Below, piece by piece: positions 10,433-19,575 of a DNA stretch of 64,000 nt (positions within the stretch are counted from its first letter, which is position 1; each line of letters starts with the position of its first letter). This DNA comes from an uncultured Gemmatimonadales bacterium (GTDB taxonomy: Bacteria > Gemmatimonadota > Gemmatimonadetes > Gemmatimonadales > Gemmatimonadaceae): the NCBI GenBank assembly GCA_963851265.1, contig CAWKNZ010000009.1:141028-205027 (forward strand), given 5' to 3'. The notes below the pieces were generated by a model that worked only from the letters and a program-made list of their open reading frames with translations, was not told the DNA's origin and ran no database searches. Position numbers and translations under genes: made by a program.

Positions 10433-10801
10433 ATGTCCTTCGTTCCTCAGGCCGTCATCGACGGCCTCGCCGAGTTCTCGCGCTCCCAGGCCGACGCCCA
10501 GCCGTTCGGTGTCGTCCGCGTCACCGACGAGGGCATCGTCACGCTCTACAACCGCTGGGAATCCGGCCTCGCGGGCGTCGCCATCGAGACCGCCGAGGGC
10601 CGCAACTTCTTCACGCAGATCGCGCCGTGCACCAACAACCGCCTCGTGTTCGGCCGGTTCAAGGACGGCGTGCAGAAGAAGCAGCTCGACTCGGAGTTCA
10701 ACTACACGTTCACGTACAAGATGAAGCCGACCAACGTCGCGCTTCGTCTCTTCCGGCACGAGCCTACGGCGACGAACTGGGTGTTCGTCGGGCTGCGCTG
10801 A
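10433..10801 (+). CDS. pyp: Photoactive yellow protein (PAS-fold blue-light receptor), 122 aa
   Basis: PFGVVRV, LYNRWES, GRNFFTQIAPCTN, YTFTYKMKPT and WVFV. Y39/E43/C66/F93/M97 correspond to Y42/E46/C69/F96/M100 of H. halophila PYP. Confidence 0.95.
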   Translation: MSFVPQAVIDGLAEFSRSQADAQPFGVVRVTDEGIVTLYNRWESGLAGVAIETAEGRNFFTQIAPCTNNRLVFGRFKDGVQKKQLDSEFNYTFTYKMKPTNVALRLFRHEPTATNWVFVGLR

Positions 10802-10823
10802 GCCGCCGCGGAAGAGCCCGGCC

Positions 10824-11279
10824 ATGATCGCCGAACACCTCAGCGTCGCCGCGAACGTCGACCGGCTCGAAGCGCTCCTCGAGACGACGTGCAACGGGGT
10901 GCCCGCCGGCCCGGCCCGTGAGGCGCTCCTCGCGTATGCGCGGCAGAAGCGGGATGGGATGGTGGCGCTCGCCGCCGCGCTCCACGCGGCGGACGACGAG
11001 CCCGAACTCGTCCGCCTGCTCGCCGCGGTGTGGTTGGAGCTGCGCTGCGAGTGGGAGCGGTACAACAACGTGTCGAACTATCAGCTCTTTCATTCGGGGC
11101 ACGACGCCGAGCCCCAGGTCATGGCGGCGGCCGCCACGATGTCGGGCATGCTCACGTGGATCGAGGAGGTCGTTCCCGGGCCGGCCGTCGAACTCATGAC
11201 CGTCGCGACGCTCGACATGCTCGACCGCATTCGCGCGGACGTGGTGGAGCGCGCGTTGACGGCCGGCACCGCGGCCTGA
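10824..11279 (+). CDS. Hypothetical all-helical protein in the pyp operon
   Basis: 151-aa ORF 22 bp after pyp, with typical codon usage and no recognisable motif. Confidence 0.7.
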   Translation: MIAEHLSVAANVDRLEALLETTCNGVPAGPAREALLAYARQKRDGMVALAAALHAADDEPELVRLLAAVWLELRCEWERYNNVSNYQLFHSGHDAEPQVMAAAATMSGMLTWIEEVVPGPAVELMTVATLDMLDRIRADVVERALTAGTAA

Positions 11280-11291
11280 CCAGGCGCCTTC

Positions 11292-12185
11292 GTGGTAGAC
11301 ACCGTCAGCTACACGCCGCGCTTTGCCTGGGCGATGGTGGCCGCACCGGCCGCCACGGGGAGCGCCGTCGTCGCAACCAACGGGCCCGTAACCGGCGGGC
11401 CCGCGCAGGCGGGGCCGCCGAACGGCGCGGCGCTCGCGGAACTCGCGGCCGGGCTCGAGCGGAGCCGCGAGCGCGTGGAGACGCTGACCAACAGCGCGAC
11501 CACGGTACTCTGCCTCACCTCGGTCGTGCACACGCAGCTCGCGGACGTGGGCGCGCGCGCGGCCGACGTGAGCGGCGCGGCCGCGCGCGTGGCCGAGCAG
11601 AGCCGCGCTACGGCCACCGCGGCCGCGGAGATTCGCGCCCTGGTCGATGACGCGCGCGCGGCGGTTGCGGCGCTGGCCGGTCACGCGCGCGACATCGAGC
11701 ACGTGAGCACGCGCTTGAACGTGCTCGCCGTCGAGGCGCGCTTCGTCGGACTCAACGCGGCCATCGAGGCGGCGCGCGCCGGCGACGCGGGCCGAACCTT
11801 CGCGGTGGTGGCCGACAAGGTCCGCGAACTCGCCGACGGGGCATCCGACGCCGCGACGCAGATCATCGGCCGCCTCGGGCGCATCCGCGACGACGCGCTG
11901 CAGTCCGCGGCCGTGATGGAGCGCGCCGGCGTGTCGGTCGGCGCGATCGACGCGTTCACCGCCGGCGTGGCCGACGCCGCGGCGGCGCAGGAGGCGGGCA
12001 CCGCCGAGATCACGAGCAGCCTAACGCAGGTGTCGGGCGCGGTCGACGAGATCGTCCGTGCGGTAGAGGACATCACCGAAGTCGGCATGGTGCTCGGAGA
12101 CGGGACCGCCGAGAATCTCGCGCTCGCCGGCGCACTCGGCGCCGGCGCGGCGGCTTCCGATCCCGCGCCAGCGAGCGACTCGTGA
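11292..12185 (+). CDS. Soluble methyl-accepting chemotaxis (MCP) signalling-domain protein
   Basis: Hairpin-tip motif LNAAIEAARAGDAGRTFAVVADKVRELA with heptad helices on both sides; no TM or sensor domain seen. Start may be 11292 or slightly downstream. Confidence 0.85.
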   Translation: MVDTVSYTPRFAWAMVAAPAATGSAVVATNGPVTGGPAQAGPPNGAALAELAAGLERSRERVETLTNSATTVLCLTSVVHTQLADVGARAADVSGAAARVAEQSRATATAAAEIRALVDDARAAVAALAGHARDIEHVSTRLNVLAVEARFVGLNAAIEAARAGDAGRTFAVVADKVRELADGASDAATQIIGRLGRIRDDALQSAAVMERAGVSVGAIDAFTAGVADAAAAQEAGTAEITSSLTQVSGAVDEIVRAVEDITEVGMVLGDGTAENLALAGALGAGAAASDPAPASDS

Positions 12186-13861
12186 CCGCATCGCTCCGCG
12201 ACGTCCCGCGGGCGATCGCGCCCGGTGGCGAGGGAGACGCGGGCACGACGACGGTGGACCTGGGCGGACACGTCACGCCGGCCGACATCTACGCCGTCGC
12301 CGTCCGCGGGGCGCCGCCGCGAATCGGGCCCGACGCGCGGGCTCGGATGGAGGCGTCGGCGGAATACCTGGCACGGTGCGTCGACGAGCGGCGGCTGGTG
12401 TACGGCGTCACGACCGGCTACGGCCCGCTCGCGCGGCACCATGTCGGGCCGGAGCACGCCGCGACGCTCCAGCAGAACCTCATCTATCACCTCGCTTCGG
12501 GCGTCGGCGCGCCGCTCTCGCCGGCGCACACGCGTGCGCTGATGGCGGCGCGCGTCGCGAGCCTGGCCCGCGGCTACTCCGGCGTTGGGCGCGCGACCGC
12601 CGACCTGCTGCTCGCGTGCCTCACGCGCGGCGTCACGCCCGTTGTCCCCGAGCGGGGCACGGTGGGGGCGAGTGGTGACCTGACGCCGCTCGCCCACGTG
12701 GCGCTCGTGCTCATCGGCGAGGGGCGGGCCGCGTACCGCGGCGGCGTCCTGCCGGGGGCCGACGCGCTTCGGCTGGCGGGGCTCGCGCCGGTGGCGCTCG
12801 GGCACAAGGAGGGGCTCGCGTTGGTGAACGGCACGTCGGCGATGACGGGGATCGCCGCCGTGAACGCCGAGCGTGCGCGCCGGCTCGCGGAGCTGGTCGC
12901 GCGCCTCGCGGTGCTGCACGCCGAGGTTCTGGGGGGGCACGTCGAAGCATGGGACGCGCGCTTCGGGCGCGCGCGGCCGCACCCCGGGCAACGCGCGGCG
13001 CACGCGCGACTGCTGCGACTCGCGCGCGGGAGCGGCCGCCTAACGCCGTCGGTGCAGCCGCCGCCGCGGCTCGACGCGCGGAGCGAGGCGACCGGACTGT
13101 TCAGCGCGCCCGAGCCGCCGCAGGACCCGTACACGATCCGGTGCGTTCCGCAGGAGCTCGGCGCCGCTCTCGACGTGCTCGCCTTCCACGCCGGCGTGGT
13201 GGGAACGGAGCTCAACAGCGCCACCGACAATCCGCTCGTCTTCGCCGACGGCGCGGACGACCCGGATGGCGCGGTGTTGCACGGCGGCAACTTCTACGGC
13301 CAGCACGTCGCGTTCGCGAGCGACGCGCTCGCGATGGCGGTGGTCAAGCTCGCGGCCTGGAGTGAGCGGGCGCTCGCGCGGCTCACCAATCCGGCCTACA
13401 ACAAGGGGTTGCCGGCGTTTCTGCACGGCGGAGCGCCGGGGCTGACGAGCGGTTTGATGGGAGCGCAGGTCACGGCGACGGCACTCGTCGCGGAGATGCG
13501 CACCGGTGCGGTCCCTGCGTCGATCCAGACGATCCCGACGAACAACGACAATCAGGACGTCGTCACGATGGGTACGATCGCCGCTCGCAAGGCGAGCGGG
13601 CTGCTCGACCTCGCGTGGCACGTGCTGGCGATCCACGCGATCGCCGCCGCGCAGGCGTCGGAGTGCCGGGCGCGCGAGGGCGGCGCGCGGGCGCCCGGCG
13701 ACGCGGGCTTCTCCTCCGCGAGTGCCGCGCTCTGGTCGGCGGTACGCGGCGCGGTCGCACCGCTCGACACGGACCGCCCCCTGTCCGACGACATCATGCG
13801 CCTCGCCGAGGCGCTGGAGCACGACGACGCGCTGCTCGGTGCGAGCCCACTCCTGACGTAG
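12182..13861 (+). CDS. tal: MIO-dependent aromatic amino acid ammonia-lyase, tyrosine ammonia-lyase type
   Basis: VYGVTTGYG, GTVGASGDL (MIO ASG), LVNGT, QDPYTIRC and HGGNF; specificity segment NLIYHLASG has the His-Leu pair typical of TAL; GTGA overlap with the MCP gene. Confidence 0.88.
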   Translation: MTASLRDVPRAIAPGGEGDAGTTTVDLGGHVTPADIYAVAVRGAPPRIGPDARARMEASAEYLARCVDERRLVYGVTTGYGPLARHHVGPEHAATLQQNLIYHLASGVGAPLSPAHTRALMAARVASLARGYSGVGRATADLLLACLTRGVTPVVPERGTVGASGDLTPLAHVALVLIGEGRAAYRGGVLPGADALRLAGLAPVALGHKEGLALVNGTSAMTGIAAVNAERARRLAELVARLAVLHAEVLGGHVEAWDARFGRARPHPGQRAAHARLLRLARGSGRLTPSVQPPPRLDARSEATGLFSAPEPPQDPYTIRCVPQELGAALDVLAFHAGVVGTELNSATDNPLVFADGADDPDGAVLHGGNFYGQHVAFASDALAMAVVKLAAWSERALARLTNPAYNKGLPAFLHGGAPGLTSGLMGAQVTATALVAEMRTGAVPASIQTIPTNNDNQDVVTMGTIAARKASGLLDLAWHVLAIHAIAAAQASECRAREGGARAPGDAGFSSASAALWSAVRGAVAPLDTDRPLSDDIMRLAEALEHDDALLGASPLLT

Positions 13862-13930
13862 ACCGGCGCCGGCGACGGTCGGCGCGTTCGGCGCTCGCGC
13901 CGTGCGCGATCTCCTCAATTCTTCCGCTGA

Positions 13931-15235
13931 GTGTCTCACCACCTCGACGTCCCGCGCCTTCCGAGCGCAGACCGCTGTCCGACCGCACCGATGCGTGCGG
14001 TGATGGACGACTCTCGCGCCCGCGACGACGCACGTCACGATCACTCGCCGACGTCGCGCCCGATCGCGCCCGTCGGTCCGCTCCGCATCGACGTGGCGAC
14101 CACGATCGGGCAGTTCGAACGTCTCGAGGGCGAGTGGTCGGCCCTGCTGGCGCGCGTACCGGGCGCGCTGCCGTTCGCTACGTACGACTGGGCGCGGGCG
14201 TGGTGGGAGCATCTGCGGCGCGACGGCCGCTGGACGCGCGACGCGCTCTGCGTGTTCGCCGTCCGGACTGCCGCGGGCGACCCGGTCGCGTTCGCGGCCT
14301 ACATGCGCACGGCCTACCGCGTGCTCGGCCTGCCCGTCGCCAGGATCGTGCAGCCGTTCGGGGCCGATCCGAACCTCACCGAAGTGCGCGGGATGCTCGT
14401 CGCGCCCGAGCACGAGGCCGCGGTAGTCGCGGCCATCGACGCCCACCTGCGCGGCGGGCGCGCATGCGACTGGGTGCGCTGGGGCGGACTCACGCGGGAC
14501 GGTGCGGCGCTCGCCACGCTCGCGTCACGCGATGGCGCGGTGGTGGACCGAGTGCTGCCGACCTTCGTGCTGGCGCTCCCCGACACGTGGGACGAGTTCC
14601 GCCGCACGCGCCCGCGCAACGTGCGCGAGTCTCTCCGGAAGTGCTACAAGCTTCTCGAGCGCGACGGCCATGCGTGGGAGTTCCGGGCCCTCGACACCGG
14701 CCCCGCGGTCGCGGCGGCGCTCGACGGATGGTTCGACCTGCACGGCCGCCGTGCGGCACTGACCGAGACGTCGGTCCGGCATCCGGATTACTTCGCCGTG
14801 CCCGGCGCGCGGGCGTTCGTGGCCGACGTCGTGGAGCGCATGGGGCGGCGCGGCGGCGTGCGCATGTTCCAGCTCCAAATCGGCGCCGACGTCGTCGCCA
14901 TGCGACTCGGCTTCGTCGTGGGCGACAGTCTGTACCTGTACTACTCGGGCTACGATCCCGCGTGGAAGGCCTACAGCGTGATGACCACGGTGGTCGCCGA
15001 GTCGATCCGGTACGCGATCGAGCACGGAATCCGCACCGTGAACCTGTCGAGCGGCGCCGACCAGTCCAAAGCGCGGTGGCGCCCGAGCGAGGTGGCCTAC
15101 GCCGACGCGGTCGCCATCCGCCCCGGCCGGCGCGCGCACCTCGCCCACCGCGCGTTCACCGCGTTGCGGGCGCGGACGGATCGCCGCGATGCCCCTCTTC
15201 CGCCTGCGGCGTCGGAGGCCGCGTCCGATGCCTGA
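13931..15235 (+). CDS. GNAT family protein, CelD/BcsL (Acetyltransf_6) type
   Basis: EWSALL...PFATYDWARAWW, LPDTWDEF, LYYSGYDP and SKARW motifs. Start may be 13991 or 14003. Confidence 0.82.
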   Translation: MSHHLDVPRLPSADRCPTAPMRAVMDDSRARDDARHDHSPTSRPIAPVGPLRIDVATTIGQFERLEGEWSALLARVPGALPFATYDWARAWWEHLRRDGRWTRDALCVFAVRTAAGDPVAFAAYMRTAYRVLGLPVARIVQPFGADPNLTEVRGMLVAPEHEAAVVAAIDAHLRGGRACDWVRWGGLTRDGAALATLASRDGAVVDRVLPTFVLALPDTWDEFRRTRPRNVRESLRKCYKLLERDGHAWEFRALDTGPAVAAALDGWFDLHGRRAALTETSVRHPDYFAVPGARAFVADVVERMGRRGGVRMFQLQIGADVVAMRLGFVVGDSLYLYYSGYDPAWKAYSVMTTVVAESIRYAIEHGIRTVNLSSGADQSKARWRPSEVAYADAVAIRPGRRAHLAHRAFTALRARTDRRDAPLPPAASEAASDA

Positions 15236-16094
15236 ACCGCTCGTGTCCATCGTGATCCCGACGTTCCGCCGCGAGATGATGCTCGTTGACGCGATCCGAT
15301 CGGTGCTCTCCCAGTCCGGCGTGCGCGTCGAGGTGATCGTGCTCGACGACAGCCCGGAGGGATCGGCGGCGGCTGCCGTCGCGGGCTGCGCCGACGCCCG
15401 GGTGCGCTACGTGCACCGGGCCGTACCGTCCGGGGGACGTCCGGCCGTCGTGCGGAACGACGGCCTCTCCCTCGCCGGCGGGAAGTACGTGCACTTTCTC
15501 GACGACGACGACGTGCTCGCCGAAGGCGCGCTCGCGGCCACCGTGGGCGCGCTCGAAGCCGCTCCGCACGCCGGGGTCGCGATCGGCCTCGTCGTTCCGT
15601 TCGGCGACGACCCCGTCGCCCTCGCGCGGGAACAGGCGTACTTCGGCGCGGCGACGCAGCGCCTGCGCGCGATCCGCGCGCGGCTCGCGCTCGTGGCGGA
15701 GATGCTGTTCCAGAAAACGCCGCTCGTGAACTCGTCGTGCACCATCCGACGGACGTGTGCGGTCGCGGTCGGGGGCTACACGCCGACCATCCCCATGAAC
15801 GAGGACGTGGATTTCTACCTGCGCGCGGTCCGACGCGGCGGCTTCGTGTTGGTGGACGTGCCGGTCGTCCACTATCGTGTCGGCCAGCCGTCGCTCATGC
15901 ACTCGCTGACCGACTTTTCGGTGCTGGCGGAGGCGTACGGGATGATCCACCAGCAGTACCGGCGCGAGCACGGCGCGATCGAGTTCACCCTGCTGCGCGC
16001 GTACGGCCTCGCGCTCCGGCTCGCGGGCCGCGTCCGCGCGCGCCGGCATGCGGCTGCGGGGCTGGTCCACGCCGCGCCGCGCGTCGCGGGCTGA
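15228..16094 (+). CDS. Glycosyltransferase family 2
   Basis: VSIVIPTF, VLDDS, RNDGL, FLDDDD and EDVDF; 8-nt overlap with the upstream GNAT gene. Confidence 0.88.
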   Translation: MPEPLVSIVIPTFRREMMLVDAIRSVLSQSGVRVEVIVLDDSPEGSAAAAVAGCADARVRYVHRAVPSGGRPAVVRNDGLSLAGGKYVHFLDDDDVLAEGALAATVGALEAAPHAGVAIGLVVPFGDDPVALAREQAYFGAATQRLRAIRARLALVAEMLFQKTPLVNSSCTIRRTCAVAVGGYTPTIPMNEDVDFYLRAVRRGGFVLVDVPVVHYRVGQPSLMHSLTDFSVLAEAYGMIHQQYRREHGAIEFTLLRAYGLALRLAGRVRARRHAAAGLVHAAPRVAG

Positions 16095-16150
16095 GCGGGT
16101 GATCGCGCGCGTGGCGGTGCTCCGCCGCGTGACGCGCAACCCGTCGCGCC

Positions 16151-16170
16151 GGGGCGTTAGGCGACGCCCC
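16151..16170. terminator. GC-rich hairpin between convergent genes
   Basis: GGGGCGT-TAGGCG-ACGCCCC, a 7-bp stem with no U-tract. Confidence 0.35.
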
Positions 16171-16203
16171 GACCGCGGGTACGATCGGACGGCCGCTCGC
16201 GGC

Positions 16204-17703
16204 TCACCGGTGCAGCGGGCTTCCGGCCTTCCACACCGGCGCGGCGTCCTGCCCCGCCACGCGCGCTACGAGCGCGTAGTAGAACCGGTTGAAGTCCGCC
16301 GCCGCCTTCCAGTCGATCCGCTGCTGGAGGTCGTCTTTCGGCGTGTGGTATCCCTCGCGGTACCACTGGCGGTAGATGCGCTCGCTCTCCGTCCCGGGGC
16401 GGTAGCCGAACACGAAGTTCGTCGCCGGAATCCCCGCCTGGAGGAACGGCCAGTGGTCGGAGCGCTGCAGGAGGCCCCGCTCGGGCTCGGGGTCGCGCTG
16501 CACGGCGATCCCGAGCGACTCCGCCACGGCGCGCGCGTCGTCTCCCAGACTCGTGTCGTCCAGGCCGTGCACGGTGAGAAGCTCCAGAGGGAAGAGCGGG
16601 CGGAGCTGGTCGAGGTTGATGTCTCCGGCGATCCGCGCGCGCGGTACGGGCGGGTGCGCGACGAACCACCGAGAGCCGAGGAGGCCCTTCTCCTCGCCCG
16701 TGACGATCGCGACGATCACGGGGCGTCGGAAGCCCTGCCCGTGGCGCCGCTCGAGGACGCGGACGATGAGGGCGACGTACGCCGCGTCGTCGAGCGTTCC
16801 GTTGTAGAGCGAGTCGCCGTCCACCGCCGTCCCATAGCCATAGCCGTCGAGGTGCGCGGTGAGGACGATCGCCTGGTCGGCCTTCGTCGGGTCGGTGCCC
16901 GGGAGCATGCCGACGACGTTAGGCGAGCGCAGCGTCCGCCGCGCCGTCGAGAACGTCGCGCGCAGGCGGTCGCGCAGGTCGAAGGCGGGCAGGGGTCGCC
17001 CGGCGCTCCCCGCGGCGACGAGGGAGTCGGCGTTCGGCCCGCTCCCCCCGAGCACCGTCCGAAGCGCTCCGGCGCGCAGCGAGAGGGTGACGAACCCGGG
17101 GTCGCGAGCCGGAGGTGTCGGCGTCCCGCCGGCCAGCGTGACGCTCCGCGCGTAGGCCGCCGGCCAGCGCGGCGGCTCCACGGTGAAGCCCGGGTCGGCG
17201 ATCGCGATCATCCCGGCCGCCCCCGCCTGCTGCAGCGCGGCCCGCCGCTGCTCGTCGTTAGGCAATCCGGGTCGCCGCGTGGCGTGGCAGATCACCAGCT
17301 TCCCGCGCACGTCGCCCAGCGCGTCGGCCCCGCAGTAGCCGCGGTAGGCGAGCGCGCCTTCGAGCGTCGCCGGTGCTGCCTGCGCGCGCAGGGTGACGTC
17401 GTACAGGAAGCGGAGGGACCGGCCGCCGACGTCGAGGTGCGCGCCGGTGACGGCCACCTCTTCCATCGGCACCGACTGGTACCACGACCCGTCGTCCCCG
17501 AGCGGCTTCACCCCCGCCGCAGCGAGCCACCGAGCGACGTGCCGCGCGGCGTGCTCGTGCCCGCGCGACCCGGTGTCGCGCCCCTCCATGGAGTCGGCGG
17601 AGAGGACCGTGGTCCGCTGCCACCACGCGCGCGTGTCGGCGTCGGTGGGGCCACCCGGAGGCGTCTGGAGGAGCGCGAGAACGGAGAGAACGACGGCGAG
17701 CAT
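16204..17703 (-). CDS. M28 family metallopeptidase with PA-like insert, exported
   Basis: LSADSMEGRDTGS, TAHLDG, NGTLDDA, TGEEKGLLGS, RSDHWPF and YHTPKD motifs. Confidence 0.9.
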   Translation of the reverse strand: MLAVVLSVLALLQTPPGGPTDADTRAWWQRTTVLSADSMEGRDTGSRGHEHAARHVARWLAAAGVKPLGDDGSWYQSVPMEEVAVTGAHLDVGGRSLRFLYDVTLRAQAAPATLEGALAYRGYCGADALGDVRGKLVICHATRRPGLPNDEQRRAALQQAGAAGMIAIADPGFTVEPPRWPAAYARSVTLAGGTPTPPARDPGFVTLSLRAGALRTVLGGSGPNADSLVAAGSAGRPLPAFDLRDRLRATFSTARRTLRSPNVVGMLPGTDPTKADQAIVLTAHLDGYGYGTAVDGDSLYNGTLDDAAYVALIVRVLERRHGQGFRRPVIVAIVTGEEKGLLGSRWFVAHPPVPRARIAGDINLDQLRPLFPLELLTVHGLDDTSLGDDARAVAESLGIAVQRDPEPERGLLQRSDHWPFLQAGIPATNFVFGYRPGTESERIYRQWYREGYHTPKDDLQQRIDWKAAADFNRFYYALVARVAGQDAAPVWKAGSPLHR

Positions 17704-18022
17704 GACGCGAAGACGGGGGAGCGGAGCGGGAGCACGAACGAGGGCGGTACACTGCCCCACGCACCCGCGCGCGGCAAGGGAGCGCGCAGGGCCGTGCACC
17801 AACGCCTGTCGGTCGTCCGGGCGACGGTGCCGCCGCACACGGTCGGGCCTGTGGCCACGAGAGTCGCCGCGTCGCGCGGGCGTGGAGGGTAGGCTGGCGC
17901 GCGCGCCGGTACGATCCCATCGTAGCGCGCCGGTCGCGGGACGTCGTCGTACCAGCGTCCGGGGCCGGGCGCGCCGCGCAGCAGCCTGCCGGCCGAGCCT
18001 CCACCCCGTGCAGGGTCCGTCC

Positions 18023-18997
18023 ATGCCATCGCTCCCGACCACCCCCCTCCGCCCGCACAGCCCGCCCCGTGTCCGGGCCGGCCGCGCCGCGCCCGCCACG
18101 ATCAGTCTCGCGGGCCTCCTCACCGTCAGCGTCTGCGCCGCCCGCGCGCAGGGCCAGGTGCCGGCCCCGCGCCGCTACACCGTCGTCCCGCTCGACGTCC
18201 CCGGCGCGGTCGTCACGGTGGCGCACGGCATCAACGCCGCCGGGCAGGTCGTCGGGACGTACAGCGACTCGGCGTACGGCGCGCACGGGTTCCTGTGGGG
18301 CGGCGCGGGCGCCGGCGCGGTCACCCGGCTCGACGCGCCGGGCGCGGTCGGGGCGACGGTGGCGCGCGGGATCACGGACGCCGGGCAGGTCGTCGGCTTC
18401 TACAAGGACGCGGCGCGCCATGCCCACGGCTTCCTGTATCGCGCAGGCGTGTTCACTCCGCTCGACGCCCCGGGCGCGGTGGACACGTACGCGGAAGGGA
18501 TCGACGCCGCGGGCGAGGTCGTCGGGTGGTACAACTTCTCCGACTCGACCAGCGCGTCGGGCGGTGTCCGCGCCTTCCGCTACGCCGGGGGGACGTTCAC
18601 GCCGCTCGACCTCCCCGGTGCGGGCCTCCTCGGGGCGACGGGACTCACCACCGGCGGGCAGATCGTCGGGTTCTACGGCGACTCGTCGCGCGAGCTCCAC
18701 GGCTTCCTTGAGGGCGCGGGCGCGTTCCGGGTGCTCGATGTGCCGGGTACTACCCACGGGACGTTCCCGGAGGGCGTCAACGCCGCCGGGCAGGTCGTCG
18801 GGACGTACACCGACACGTTGGGCCGCCACGGGTTCGTCTACGCCGAAGGCGCGTTCCTGCCGCTCGACGCCCCGGGCGCGCGGCTCGGGCCGCGCAGCGG
18901 GACGTCGGCGCACGGAGTCAACGCCGCCGGGCAGGTCGTCGGGGACTACTTCGACGGGGCGCACATGCACGGATTCGTCGCGACCCCGCGGCGGTGA
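18023..18997 (+). CDS. Secreted HAF-family extracellular repeat (beta-propeller-like) protein
   Basis: About six repeats of LD(V/A)PG...A-x-GINAAGQVVG-x-Y...HGF; signal peptide ending ARAQ. Confidence 0.8.
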   Translation: MPSLPTTPLRPHSPPRVRAGRAAPATISLAGLLTVSVCAARAQGQVPAPRRYTVVPLDVPGAVVTVAHGINAAGQVVGTYSDSAYGAHGFLWGGAGAGAVTRLDAPGAVGATVARGITDAGQVVGFYKDAARHAHGFLYRAGVFTPLDAPGAVDTYAEGIDAAGEVVGWYNFSDSTSASGGVRAFRYAGGTFTPLDLPGAGLLGATGLTTGGQIVGFYGDSSRELHGFLEGAGAFRVLDVPGTTHGTFPEGVNAAGQVVGTYTDTLGRHGFVYAEGAFLPLDAPGARLGPRSGTSAHGVNAAGQVVGDYFDGAHMHGFVATPRR

Positions 18998-19526
18998 CGT
19001 CGCGCCGGATCGGGACCGAGTGCCTGGCGAAGCACGCCGGCCTGCATGCGCCGCGGGTCGCCGCGGCCACACAGCCTCGTGATGGTCGTCGCCACAGGCC
19101 GCGGCCACGGCAGGCGCGCTGCCGTGCGCGCCGACACAGGTGCGACACGCCGCCGACCTCGCGACAACCGCCTGACGTTCGTGCGCGCCGCCGTGCCTGA
19201 CCTGGCCGAGCTGGCCCGGCTCGTCGAGCGGCTGGGCCGGCTGGCAGGCTGACGCCCGGGCGTGCGATCCGGCCCTACGCCGCGCACCTGCGAGTCGTTC
19301 CGACCCTGAGCGCCGGCAGTACCGGCGGGCACGCGGATGGCGTCCGCTCGGGGGCGTTACTCGGACGCGCCGCGCGGGTTGCCATGGCTCGCCATGCGCC
19401 TCACGCGAGCAAGCGCGAGATCTCGTTGCGGTCTCAAAACGGTCGCACTCCCGGGCTCGCCCCCCCGGGCTCACAGCCCGCGCTCGGGCGCTCCGACGGG
19501 ACCCGTCCGGTGTTCCGGGCGCGTAT

Positions 19527-19569
19527 ACGAACTTTACGGACTTGACGGGCTGACCGTGTGCGGCATCTT
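19527..19569 (+). promoter_or_regulatory. Probable promoter/operator of the RES toxin-antitoxin pair
   Basis: TTGACG (19542) - 16 nt - CATCTT (19564), 6 nt before the ATG. Three 9-bp direct repeats ACGAACTTT/ACGGACTTG/ACGGGCTGA overlap the -35. Confidence 0.5.
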
Positions 19570-19575
19570 TCACGC

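Noticed and set aside
12182..13861. Histidine ammonia-lyase (hutH)
   Set aside because: The specificity segment is YHL rather than the HAL-type SH, no hut genes are nearby, and the context is pyp/pcl.
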